A DNA stretch of 63,078 bases, the filler included, from Octopus bimaculoides (taxonomy: Eukaryota): assembly GCF_001194135.2 (NCBI RefSeq). It is 5 parts of 5 records of this genome, joined end to end, with 100 filler letters (N's around TTAATTAATTAA, not from the genome) between each part and the next. Parts side by side here need not be neighbours in the genome. Positions count along the whole stretch, not along the records: positions 45,417 to 63,078 come from NC_068996.1; 4 more parts are not named here. One strand, given 5' to 3'. Each line of letters opens with the position of its first letter. The first letter of the stretch is position 1. Both the position numbers and the translations under genes were made by a program. Below, in pieces: positions 50,200-61,185 of the stretch. A model generated the notes under the pieces. That model was given only the letters and a program-made list of their open reading frames with translations. It had not been told where the DNA came from and searched no databases.

Positions 50200-50560
50200 T
50201 CTTGTTTACTCTGTTCCTTCCACTCTGTTGCTGTTTGTTCGTTCGAAGCCCTAACTCTCCACAAATTTTATATTTTTAAAATCTCTGGATGCTGCTGTCT
50301 TATGAAGTTTTCCTATCTTGTCGTTGAAAGCTCGAAATAGGGAGTAATAAATAGTGGACAACTGAGGAAGAGTTATACTCCTTTTGGTATTTTGTCACGT
50401 ACTTGTCTCTCGTTATGTGTTTACATATTTTTCACTCGTCGTTGATGTCCTGTCCTTAACGTATATATTTTTTTATTTTGTCCTGTACTTATCTCGCGTG
50501 TGTTTACGTTTTGTCGCTCGTTGGTGATGTCCTGTACTTAATCTGTATTATTTATGTGTG
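50200..50560 (+). mobile_element. Probable PLE pseudo-LTR with mutated hammerhead
   Basis: CTTATGA (50299; G5 altered) agttttc...gaaagct c GAAA (50334); imperfect tandem duplication at 50390-50560. Confidence 0.45.
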
Positions 50561-50590
50561 TGTGTACACACACACATATATATATATATA

Positions 50591-50955
50591 TGTAACGAAG
50601 ATGGAGAAATGATAAAGACAGAAACCCGGTTGAGAGATTTTCAATTAAGGAAGCATTATTTTCTTCGTTTATAAGGAAAGATATCGTTACTACGAACGAG
50701 CAAATTGTGGAGAGTTGTGATTTTTGTCTTTGTGTGACAGCTTTTAGCGCTGTGTGCGCTCTGTCTCACAGCTCTGGCGCTCTGCCTTAGGTGCCTGAGA
50801 TGAGATGCTTTTATAGCAAAAAGTTGGCTCAGAGAAACATCTTCAAAATATAGTCTCTGCAGGAGGTAAGCTCTTGGTGGTGTCTCGATTGGTCAGAATA
50901 ACCTTATTCTAGCCAATCGTCACATTGGGTGTAGTGACTAAATATTCCTGCTACA
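50591..50955 (-). mobile_element. Candidate solo LTR
   Basis: TGTAAC...GCTACA termini, flanks TATA/TGTA; - strand CCAAT and CTATAAAAG; alternative end GTCACA at 50924. Confidence 0.35.
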
Positions 50956-51284
50956 TGTATGTATGTATGTATGTCAGTTTATATATATATATATGTATGT
51001 ATANNNNNNNNNNNNNNNNNNNNNNNNNNNNNNNNNNNNNNNNNNNNNNNNNNNNNNNNNNNNNNNNNNNNNNNNNNNNNNNNNNNNNNNNNNNNNNNNN
51101 NNNNNNNNNNNNNNNNNNNNNNNNNNNNNNNNNNNNNNNNNNNNNNNNNNNNNNNNNNNNNNNNNNNNNNNNNNNNNNNNNNNNNNNNNNNNNNNNNNNN
51201 NNNNNNNNNNNNNNNNNNNNNNNNNNNNNNNNNNNNNNNNNNNNNNNNNNNNNNNNNNNNNNNNNNNNNNNNNNNNNNNNNNNA

Positions 51285-51585
51285 CGATCGTGAGGTTGTG
51301 CGTTCGAATCCCCGACCGGGCTGCGTGTTGTGTTCTTGAGCAAGACACTTTATTTCACGTTGCTCCAGTTCACTCAGCTGTAGAAATGAGTTGCGACGTC
51401 ACAGGTGCCAAGCTGTTTCGGCCCCTTTGCCTTTCCCTTGGATAACATTGGTGGCGTGGTGAGGGGAGGCTGGTATGCATGGCGACTGCTGGTCTTCCGT
51501 AAACAACTTTGCCCGGACTTGTACCTGGGAGGGTAACTTTATAGGTGCAAACCCATGGTCATTCATGACCGAAGTGGGTCTCAGC
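51285..51585 (+). mobile_element. tRNA-derived SINE, family C
   Basis: gttcgaatcc B box, gtgttcttgagcaagacacttt and cactcagctgtagaaatgagt conserved-domain-like core. Confidence 0.75.
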
Positions 51586-51734
51586 CCGTCGAAGACGACG
51601 TATGAACGTTCAGTCTTTGCCGAACGACCTGCACAAATGATTTGTTTATAATGAATCAAATGTTCGCGCTGCACATTAACTCGCTCCCCTTCATCAAATG
51701 GTTGTTGTCTGAACAGGTGCACACAGGTGTACCA

Positions 51735-51872
51735 CACGCCAGGTGTCGAAGTGATTGCAGAGCAATGCGAGATGAAATGTTTTGCTCAAGAACACAACAC
51801 CCCACTCGGTCTAGGAATTGAAATCGCGATCTAGCGATCGAGAGTGCAATAGCCTAACCACTTGGCCATGTG
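51735..51872 (-). mobile_element. SINE family C-like head
   Basis: - strand tggccaagtggttagg (A box) ... gtgttgtgttcttgagcaaaaca. Confidence 0.7.
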
Positions 51873-51879
51873 TAAATAT

Positions 51880-52020
51880 GTGTGTGTGCGCGCGCGCGTT
51901 TATGTGTCATGTCTTTGTCTCCCTACAACCGCTTCACAATAGCTGTTAGTGTGTTTACGTCCTTGTAACTTAGCCGTTCGATATAAGAGACCGATAGAAT
52001 AAGCACTTGGCTTGTAAAAG
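51880..52020 (+). mobile_element. SINE family B 3' fragment
   Basis: gtgtgtttacgtcc.tgtaacttagc.gttcg...gagaccgatagaataag. Confidence 0.7.
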
Positions 52021-52111
52021 TTTCAGTTTCCAAAGGTTTCACTTTTACCAATTTCATAGCCATATTATTACATTTTTTTCTCAACAGGCCATTGGGTGAT
52101 GTTATTCCTAG

Positions 52112-52270
52112 CAGCTGACGGCTCAGTGGTGCGTAACAGCTGCCGATTCAACGCGCGGCTCCTAAACCGTTGACAGCTCAAAGCGTGGCTCAATGCACAG
52201 CTCCCAAACTGCTAATGGTTCAACGCATGGCTCTCGAACAGCTGACGGCTCAATGCGAAGCATCAGCAGC
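52112..52270 (+). repeat. Degenerate minisatellite, about five units of 25-42 bp
   Basis: Recurrent cagctgacggctcaa...ggctc units starting near 52112, 52137, 52167, 52209, 52239. Confidence 0.7.
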
Positions 52271-52919
52271 TCATGTTCCGACCTGTAAAACTCAACAGCA
52301 AACAGCGCGAAGCGTGACTTGTAGCAACTGCATATTCATTGAGAAGCTTCTGAGCATTTTCCGGTATATTCTCTCATTCGAAAAAAAAAAAAAAAATCTG
52401 ATTTCGGAATTTCGGATAAAAGATCGAACCCTTCTCAGATGCGCCATCAACTAATAGACTTCAAAATATTACTGTACATTCATCAATAAATAAAATCAGA
52501 AAACGTGCATTAAAAGAAAATATTTTTCAGTTTGTATCTAATTTGTTTTACAGTCTAGGAAAATTCATTACAATTTCCACAGTATCAAGTAATTAAAAGA
52601 TATAAAGGGACTGTGCGTGTGTGCCTGCGCACGCGCGGATATGTATGAAAGTAAAAAGCCGAAGTCAAAAAAAGAGAACGCTAAAGAAATAGGCATTCAT
52701 TATAGTCGCCATTGTAGCTTACATCGGTAAACCTTTTTCTGAAGAAATCTAGTTGAATAGATCGACCTAATTAAGAGGTAAATATTTTGCCCAGTGTTAT
52801 AAAACAGCGATGGCGACTGGATAAGAACCATTGGTTATTCAAGCAGTAACAATTCAACTCTCAATTCTTGTTTTTTAACAACCATTAACATATATAAGAA
52901 GACAGTTGTCGTCCATCTG

Positions 52920-52960
52920 AATGACGTCATTTAAGGACGTCATTTAAGAACGTCATTTAA
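52920..52960. promoter_or_regulatory. Three tandem ACGTCATTTAA units, first containing a full CRE (TGACGTCA)
   Basis: 13-bp period at 52924, 52937, 52950; TGACGTCA 52922-52929; function unproven. Confidence 0.35.
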
Positions 52961-54280
52961 TATTTTCCTGGATTTTCAACCGTTTATCGAATCCATTGGA
53001 GATTGGATGTCGGTATATACTTTATTAAGAGCAAAATGACTCTTTATCGACGTGTTTCATCGAAAAGAAGCAACAGGCGGCAGAATGTTGCAGTCAGACC
53101 GAGGAAAACGAGGCGGAGAAGACAGTATAGAACTCGAAGACGAAAAGGACTCACAAGGGGAGGCGTCAGGAATGCCGGGAGATTGTTTAGAATAACGTCT
53201 TGGTTTTCATCTTTTTTTCGAAAATCTACAACTAAACCAAGAACCCGAAAATGATAACTTCAACTTTCGGATTTATTAAAGCAAAAATCGTAACTAGGGG
53301 AAGTCCTTCATTCTAATTATAATATCAAAAATAATAGTTTAAAAATATTTTGACCCGATCATTGCGCGTTATCTAATAACTTTTGTTCACTATGAGATTA
53401 CGTGCTTATCATCGGAAATAGTAGTCTTTATTTATGTACAAACGAAAAATATATTAAAAGATATATTTCAAGTTTCACAGAATTCGACTTCATTTTTGAA
53501 AAATGTTATTTGATTATCTGTTTATAGTCAATTTTATCAGTAATAATTGTATATGTAAACTATTGACTCGTGATTATACAAACTGCTGTGAGGGAATACA
53601 TACAAAGAGAAAGCTTTCGTTTTTCTCTTTTTTATAAATTAACAGTAACTTTAGAATATTAAGTGAATAGAAAAACGATATTAATTATTATAAATAGTAA
53701 AATGATATTAAAAGGATATATTTCAAACGGTATTCGATCATCCGTTTATTATCAATTTGATCCGTAATATATTGAACATATCAATTACTGACTCGTATAA
53801 ATACTAGTTTTTGCGCGCGTAAATGTATTAACAAATTTGCTAGTCAAATTGTCATCGACTTCAGAATATCAAATGAATATTCAATGTTGTCTCCTACAAA
53901 TGAAATGGTTCGAAAATTATTACCGTTTCCCTTAAGCAAATTTTAAATTGTCTTATTATACCTACAAGATGTTCGCTTTCTTTTGTGGAGAGGACAAAAA
54001 TGTATTTAAGTACTTGTGAATCACAGAGACAGAAAAACNNNNNNNNNNNNNNNNNNNNNNNNNNNNNNNNNNNNNNNNNNNNNNNNNNNNNNNNNNNNNN
54101 NNNNNNNNNNNNNNNNNNNNNNNNNNNNNNNNNNNNNNNNNNNNNNNNNNNNNNNNNNNNNNNNNNNNNNNNNNNNNNNNNNNNNNNNNNNNNNNNNNNN
54201 NNNNNNNNNNNNNNNNNNNNNNNNNNNNNNNNNNNNNNNNNNNNNNNNNNNNNNNNNNNNTATATATATATATATATATA

Positions 54281-54367
54281 GGGCGAAGGTAAAGAATACG
54301 TACACCCGGTGATTAGGGTTGGGGTTAGGATTAGGGTTAGGGTTAGGGTTTAGGGTTAATTTTAGGA

Positions 54368-54402
<35 letters not shown>

Positions 54403-54453
54403 GGGTTTTGTTACGCCGAAATCCGGTGGTGTACGTATTCTTTACCTCCGCCA
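54281..54453. mobile_element. MITE-like element with 25-bp TIRs enclosing (TTAGGG)n
   Basis: ggcgaaggtaaagaatacgtacacc (54282-54306) / ggtgtacgtattctttacctccgcc (54428-54452), one mismatch; TTAGGG tract 54313-54404; TA-rich flanks. Confidence 0.85.
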
Positions 54454-54599
54454 TATATAATAGAACATTCAGGTAAATACGTATAATTAGATTAGTGTGT
54501 TTAAATCTTGAGTAAGAGCACCGGTACAGTTTAGGCTACCTCTTGTCATCCGTAGTTGTGGTACACTTCTGTTGGACTTACTTCAGGAACTTCGCAATG

Positions 54600-54977
54600 G
54601 CAGTTAGGGTAATAGTATTAATTAATAGTAGGAGATGTATTTCGTATTAGACTTTTATTAGGCAAAACATATGTTTCGACCCATCAGTCTGGGTCTCTTC
54701 AGGAACATTGATAAAGAAGTCTCACTAGAGATTTCTAGTGTCGGCTGGCTTGTTGTTATATACCCACCAAGTTTGGGAATGAATGAAAGTAAATAATATT
54801 ATAGAAAGACAAAAACTTCATTCAAATATGAACATTGAAAACTTTCGTTCCAGTTTAGATAAAATGACGTAATCAGCTTTTGCTGTCGTCACAGCTAAGA
54901 AGAAAAAAGAAAGTAGAAAGTGAAACGAAGATTAATACTTAGACAAATATTATCATGTTCGTGCATATACACATACA

Positions 54978-55074
<97 letters not shown>

Positions 55075-55227
55075 ATACATAAGTATACATATACATACAC
55101 TGACAAATATAAATATGTGTATAGATACGTACGTAGACCCATATACACACACATACACGTAAAACCATACACCCATACAATTACGTATACTCATATACAC
55201 ATATATACATATATAGATACATTTATC

Positions 55228-55258
<31 letters not shown>

Positions 55259-55790
55259 CTAGATTGTAAAGTTACGTATCTAAGTACATGTTGTTCCGAT
55301 ACTGTTCTTTTTAATTCAGGTGGATTAATTGGGTATTAGGTTTACATTAGTTAGATATGGTTAAAATTGTAATTTGTGAATTTGTGTTTAGCTGCATGTA
55401 GGCATCTGGGTAATTGTTTCGTAAATCTACTTATAATGCGCTCCTTTGAAAGCGACTCTTCGGAAAATAGCTGGTATTTCCGAGATAATGTGTTGTAGGG
55501 TTTCGCATGTTTGATTACAGACCAGGTCAGGTCATATATTGCCTTCACTTCCTTGAGCCTCCAAATAAAATCAGTCAGTGATGTTACATGCCTTTTAAGA
55601 ATTTTTCGAGAGCTGGTAAAGCGGTTACGATATCAATTTTTGAAAATATCTTCCAAGGCTCTCATATGTACGTAGGGGCCTCCCCTAGTGTTTACAGTGC
55701 ACTTATATATCATATTTTTGGTCATACATTGATTGTCCATAGGACGTTTGGATTTGTTTATGCATGAGCATAACGGGTTAGTTTGTTTGT
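54600..55790 (-). mobile_element. PLE 3' part (GIY-YIG C-terminus, microsatellite-expanded region, hammerhead-bearing 3' end)
   Basis: - strand CPMDNQCMTKNMIYKCTV...TSLTDFIWRLKE..YDLTWSVIKHAKPYNTLSRK..LFSEESL...RCLHAAKHKF (55350-55745); continuity with 54600-54900 across the microsatellite is inferred. Confidence 0.75.
54660..54708 (-). ncRNA. Minimal hammerhead core with palindromic helix III; helix I not evident
   Basis: CTGAAGA gaccca gactga tgggtc GAAA catatg TT. Confidence 0.55.
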
Positions 55791-55844
55791 ACCTAATAAA
55801 AGTCTAATACGAAATCTATCTCCTACTATATATTAATACTAACA

Positions 55845-55976
55845 AATTCATTCACAAGGCTTTCCTCTGCCCGAGGCTATAGTAGAAGATACATGTCCAA
55901 GGTGTCAGGCAGTAGGACTGAACTTGGAACCACGTAGTTGGGAAGCAAGCGTCTTACACACAGCCATGCCTGCGCC
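55845..55976 (-). mobile_element. SINE family B head
   Basis: ccgaggctatagtagaaga...ggactgaac...cacacagccatgcctgcgcc. Confidence 0.8.
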
Positions 55977-55984
55977 CATATATA

Positions 55985-56490
55985 TCAGGTCACCCCATAA
56001 GTTCTGTCCGAGTTTACCTTTTTTAAAATTGAATGAAATTTAATACTATTTTAGAATGTCTAATGGAATAAAAAATTATTTTTATGCATTTTTGTACATT
56101 TAAACTAATTAAATATTATTTTACAGAATAATAGAATTAAAATTTCTTTGATTAAAACCCTTTCTAGCATGGAAGTTTCCAAAGAGCATTTAAGGCACAT
56201 AATGCTTTATGAGTACAAAAAAAAAGGAAACTCTGCAGCCAAAACGACTCGAAACATACACTCAGTTTATGGGAAAGAATGCTTCAATGAAAGAACTTGC
56301 AGAAGATGGTTTGCAAAATTCAGAAGTGAAGAGTTCAGCCTTGAAGATAAAGATCGAACAGAACGTCCAGTTGAATTTGATGATAAGCTCCTTGAGGCAT
56401 TATTTGGAGAAAATCTTGCATCATCAGTTGAAGAATTGGCAATAAAGCTTAATTCAAACCATACAGCTGTTCATCCTCATCTTCAACAAC
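55985..56490 (+). mobile_element. Mariner 5' part (TIR + N-terminal HTH), truncated by a SINE
   Basis: TA|tcaggtcaccccataagttc; MEVSKEHLRHIMLYEY...VYGKECFNERTCRRWFAKFRSEEFSLEDKDRTERP..SSVEELAIKL. Confidence 0.9.
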
Positions 56491-56675
56491 TACCAAATCC
56501 ACTCACAAGGCCCGAGGCTATAGCAGGAGACACTTGCCCAAGGTGCCACGTAGTGAGACTGAACCCTGGACCATGTGGTTGGGAAGCAAGCTTCTTACCA
56601 CACAGCCACTCCTGCGTCTATTGTTAAATGATGCAAAGCATTTTGCCTGGTATGCTAATGGTTCTGCCAGCTCAC
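56491..56675 (-). mobile_element. SINE B head (56491-56618) plus short SINE A head
   Basis: ccaaatccactcacaagg...ccacacagccactcctgcg; ttctgccagctcacg. Confidence 0.8.
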
Positions 56676-57477
56676 GTGCTTATATATCATATACGTGTGT
56701 GTGTGTGTGTGTGTGNNNNNNNNNNNNNNNNNNNNNNNNNNNNNNNNNNNNNNNNNNNNNNNNNNNNNNNNNNNNNNNNNNNNNNNNNNNNNNNNNNNNN
56801 NNNNNNNNNNNNNNNNNNNNNNNNNNNNNNNNNNNNNNNNNNNNNNNNNNNNNNNNNNNNNNNNNNNNNNNNNNNNNNNNNNNNNNNNNNNNNNNNNNNN
56901 NNNNNNNNNNNNNNNNNNNNNNNNNNNNNNNNNNNNNNNNNNNNNNNNNNNNNNNNNNNNNNNNNNNNNNNNNNNNNNNNNNNNNNNNNNNNNNNNNNNN
57001 NNNNNNNNNNNNNNNNNNNNNNNNNNNNNNNNNNNNNNNNNNNNNNNNNNNNNNNNNNNNNNNNNNNNNNNNNNNNNNNNNNNNNNNNNNNNNNNNNNNN
57101 NNNNNNNNNNNNNNNNNNNNNNNNNNNNNNNNNNNNNNNNNNNNNNNNNNNNNNNNNNNNNNNNNNNNNNNNNNNNNNNNNNNNNNNNNNNNNNNNNNNN
57201 NNNNNNNNNNNNNNNNNNNNNNNNNNNNNNNNNNNNNNNNNNNNNNNNNNNNNNNNNNNNNNNNNNNNNNNNNNNNNNNNNNNNNNNNNNNNNNNNNNNN
57301 NNNNNNNNNNNNNNNNNNNNNNNNNNNNNNNNNNNNNNNNNNNNNNNNNNNNNNNNNNNNNNNNNNNNNNNNNNNNNNNNNNNNNNNNNNNNNNNNNNNN
57401 NNNNNNNNNNNNNNNNNNNNNNNNNNNNNNNNNNNNNNNNNNNNNNNNNNNNNNNNNNNNNNNNNNNNNNNNNNNNG

Positions 57478-58269
57478 GACAGACGAGTCGAAAATTGAAT
57501 TGTTTGGACGAAATTCGCGTAGCCATGTTTGGAGGAAAGATGTTACCACCTATTCACCGAAAAACACAATTCCTACTGTAAAGTTTGGAGGTGGCAACAT
57601 CATTGTGTAGGGGTGTTTTTCTGCAAATGGCACTGGCAATTTACATGTGATAGATGGTAGAATGAATGCAGAGATGTACCAAAATATTTTGAACAATAAT
57701 TTATGAGACTCTGTAGAAAAGCTCCAGCTTTGTGAAGGGTGGGTTTTACAACAGGATAATGACTTTAAGCACACGGCGAAGTCTACCAAAAATGGATTGT
57801 CAATCACAATATAAAATTATTAGAAAGGTCAAGCCAGTCACATGACTTGAACCCCATTGAAAATTTGTGGCGTTATTTGAAAATTAAAACTCATTCAAGA
57901 GCCCCAACGTGCATTCCAGATTTGAAGAAAATTTGTCAAGAAGAATGAGAAAAAATTCCTAAAGAAACATGCGAGTCATTGATTAAGAAATACAAGAAGA
58001 GATTGGTTGAAGTGGAAAAGAATACTACGAAGTATTAAATCAGAATTATCAGTTATTTATGTTCTGTACGAATACTTTTTTCACCCCTAAATATTTATAT
58101 TTGTATAGAAATTCATTAGTTATTATAATCTATTAGATTCTTTTGCATATTCTTAGTTTATGCATGTGTATGCAAATATAGTATTGGTATATCCCATTCA
58201 TGGTCATTAGAAATTAAATAAATAAAGAATTTTTGACATGTACGAATATATATTCCCCCCCCCCCACTG
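57478..58269 (+). mobile_element. Tc1-family transposon 3' half (DDE domain, IR/DR-type right end), decayed
   Basis: TDESKIELFG, PTVKFGGGNIIV*GCFS, QQDND, DLNPIENLW; ends cactg|TA; direct repeat tgtacgaata at 58065 and 58239. Confidence 0.92.
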
Positions 58270-58364
58270 TACATATACATTTATANNNNNNNNNNGTGTG
58301 TGTGTGTGTATGTATGTATGTAAGCATGTATGTGTGTATATATATAGAGAGAGAGAGGGGGAGG

Positions 58365-58875
58365 GAGCAATAAGAAAATGGAGGTGATTAATAGGTGGTA
58401 CTCATCAACTTATAGACATTATATTATGTATATTTATTTACTAAAAGGACAATTATAGTTATGTAAGAATGAAACTGTATATGCATGAGGAACACACATA
58501 TATATACACACATACACATACATACACATACATATATATATACATATATACTTCCGTACAAACACACTTATAGGTACATACGTATTAGATGTGTTTAGAA
58601 GGGAGGATTAATGCAGTAGTTCGTATCATTATAATTATATAATATGATTATAACAATAATACATAAACTTATATATATTTTCTATTGCTATATGTTATAT
58701 TTTAATAATTACTGATATTTTTATATTTTATATATTATGTATGTAAAGCATAATATGTTATACATGTATGTATATTGTTATAGTTGTCCTTTTAGTAAAT
58801 AAATAAATTGACATTATATAATGTCTAAAAGTTGATGAATACCACCTCTTGATCCCCTCCATTTTCTTATTGCTC
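58365..58875. repeat. About 95-bp inverted repeat pair (58365-58458 / 58779-58875)
   Basis: gagcaataagaaaatggagg...tttactaaaaggacaa vs ttgtccttttagtaaa...cctccattttcttattgctc. Confidence 0.85.
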
Positions 58876-59049
58876 TATAAATTAACGGTAAAATAACTCT
58901 TTACCCTCAGCCATTTATTACACTCGGTAATGTAATTGTCATGCAATGAAAAAGCACTTGTGATTTAATAATTGGGTATTCTACCAGCAATATATTGGAT
59001 AGATATTATCCCTTAGTTGGTTGGATTCACAACCTCTAACTTTCTTGGA

Positions 59050-59080
<31 letters not shown>

Positions 59081-59877
59081 TTAAGGCGTGGCTGTATGGT
59101 AAAAAGCAAAAGCTTATATATATATAAAGTCTGTCATATCGGACATGACGAAGGNNNNNNNNNNNNNNNNNNNNNNNNNNNNNNNNNNNNNNNNNNNNNN
59201 NNNNNNNNNNNNNNNNNNNNNNNNNNNNNNNNNNNNNNNNNNNNNNNNNNNNNNNNNNNNNNNNNNNNNNNNNNNNNNNNNNNNNNNNNNNNNNNNNNNN
59301 NNNNNNNNNNNNNNNNNNNNNNNNNNNNNNNNNNNNNNNNNNNNNNNNNNNNNNNNNNNNNNNNNNNNNNNNNNNNNNNNNNNNNNNNNNNNNNNNNNNN
59401 NNNNNNNNNNNNNNNNNNNNNNNNNNNNNNNNNNNNNNNNNNNNNNNNNNNNNNNNNNNNNNNNNNNNNNNNNNNNNNNNNNNNNNNNNNNNNNNNNNNN
59501 NNNNNNNNNNNNNNNNNNNNNNNNNNNNNNNNNNNNNNNNNNNNNNNNNNNNNNNNNNNNNNNNNNNNNNNNNNNNNNNNNNNNNNNNNNNNNNNNNNNN
59601 NNNNNNNNNNNNNNNNNNNNNNNNNNNNNNNNNNNNNNNNNNNNNNNNNNNNNNNNNNNNNNNNNNNNNNNNNNNNNNNNNNNNNNNNNNNNNNNNNNNN
59701 NNNNNNNNNNNNNNNNNNNNNNNNNNNNNNNNNNNNNNNNNNNNNNNNNNNNNNNNNNNNNNNNNNNNNNNNNNNNNNNNNNNNNNNNNNNNNNNNNNNN
59801 NNNNNNNNNNNNNNNNNNNNNNNNNNNNNNNNNNNNNNNNNNNNNNNNNNNNNNNNNNNNNNNTATACACGTATATA

Positions 59878-59913
<36 letters not shown>

Positions 59914-60460
59914 TGTATGTATGTATGTATACGAGCGAGTGGAAAAACGAAAGGACACTCAACCAATTTATTGGGAGTTACATGTATAGATCAAAACAGT
60001 ATGATTCAAATTTGTTGGCACTCCTGAGTTTCAAGCGTGATTGTAATCGTCAGCCATTTTGAATTTGAATGACAGAAGCTGAATGTTATTACCGTAAGGT
60101 GGGCTGCATTGTCGTGGTTTGATGTTAATATATGGATAACAGTTAACTGGAAAATATCGCATGGTGAACGGGAAATTGACTGCGTGGAGGAAGGAAATAG
60201 ACCACATGGTGATTAGGTTCTGCGAGGCGAGGGGAGTAGGAAGGGGCGGCATGTGCAAGTATATAATTCTATATTTGCGTGCATGTGTATATTGATACAA
60301 GCGTACGCATCTGTACATTGGCTCGCACACACACACACACACGTACACACGCATACGCACACATGCATACACATACACGCATATGCGTACTCATTCATAT
60401 GTACATATGCATATTTGCATGAATCTACGCATACCAATGAATTTAAATCAAACTGTTTTG

Positions 60461-60485
60461 ATCTATCTATCTGTCTCTCTATCTA

Positions 60486-60547
<62 letters not shown>

Positions 60548-60600
60548 CGTCCGTCCGTCCGTCCGTCCGTCCGTCCGTCCGTCCATCCATCCATCCATCC

Positions 60601-60674
<74 letters not shown>

Positions 60675-60675
60675 T
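60461..60675 (+). repeat. Compound tetranucleotide array TCTA-TCTG-TCCG-TCCA-TCTA
   Basis: Direct reading. Confidence 0.95.
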
Positions 60676-60719
60676 CATATACATGCATACACACGTATAT
60701 ACAAGCACCCAAAATGAAA

Positions 60720-61185
60720 AATCTGGTTGATGAAAAGCCCTTTCGCAACAGTAGGTGCCAGCCCTAAAAATCTTAAAATAACACCTGACAAGTGCAAAAT
60801 TCACATCAGAGAGTGAATCAGAATTCTCCTTAAATGTGGAGATAGCAAATGTGGAACATACAACAACAACAACCGCTTCAAATAGACATAAAATTCATGA
60901 GTGGATTCTCGTTCAAAGAATCTGATATATGCTGCATTACTTTCCCCAGCTGCAAGGAAAATTATATTGGCAAAACCAATAATTTCCTTTGCCAGCGTGC
61001 ACAGATAATACACCCGACAAGAGGAACTACGCAAGATTCCACTGAGTAAAGATCGGAAAATATGTGGTGAAGGAAAATTCAAGATCTTTCCCTTCTACAA
61101 ATGTTCAAGGGATGACCCAAGCTTCCGAAAGGCAATGGAAATACATTTTATCAAAAAATTCTCTCCAAAACTAAACGTTTGAAAG
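60720..61185 (+). mobile_element. PLE GIY-YIG fragment
   Basis: SKNLIY / CITFPSCKENYIGKTN (frameshifted GIY-YIG); C-terminal FKIFPFYKC..FRKAMEIHFIKKFSPKLNV*. Confidence 0.8.

Noticed and set aside
54313-54404. (TTAGGG)n as a chromosome end or a telomere-associated EN-minus PLE
   Set aside because: Short, interstitial and enclosed by TIRs; neighbouring PLEs have GIY-YIG domains.
56148-56627. 159-aa ORF as a SETMAR-like domesticated mariner fusion
   Set aside because: It spans a frameshift in an A run and its C-terminus is antisense SINE B; no catalytic domain or splice evidence.
2764-60062. Long ORFs containing runs of X
   Set aside because: They are open only because N gaps contain no stop codons.
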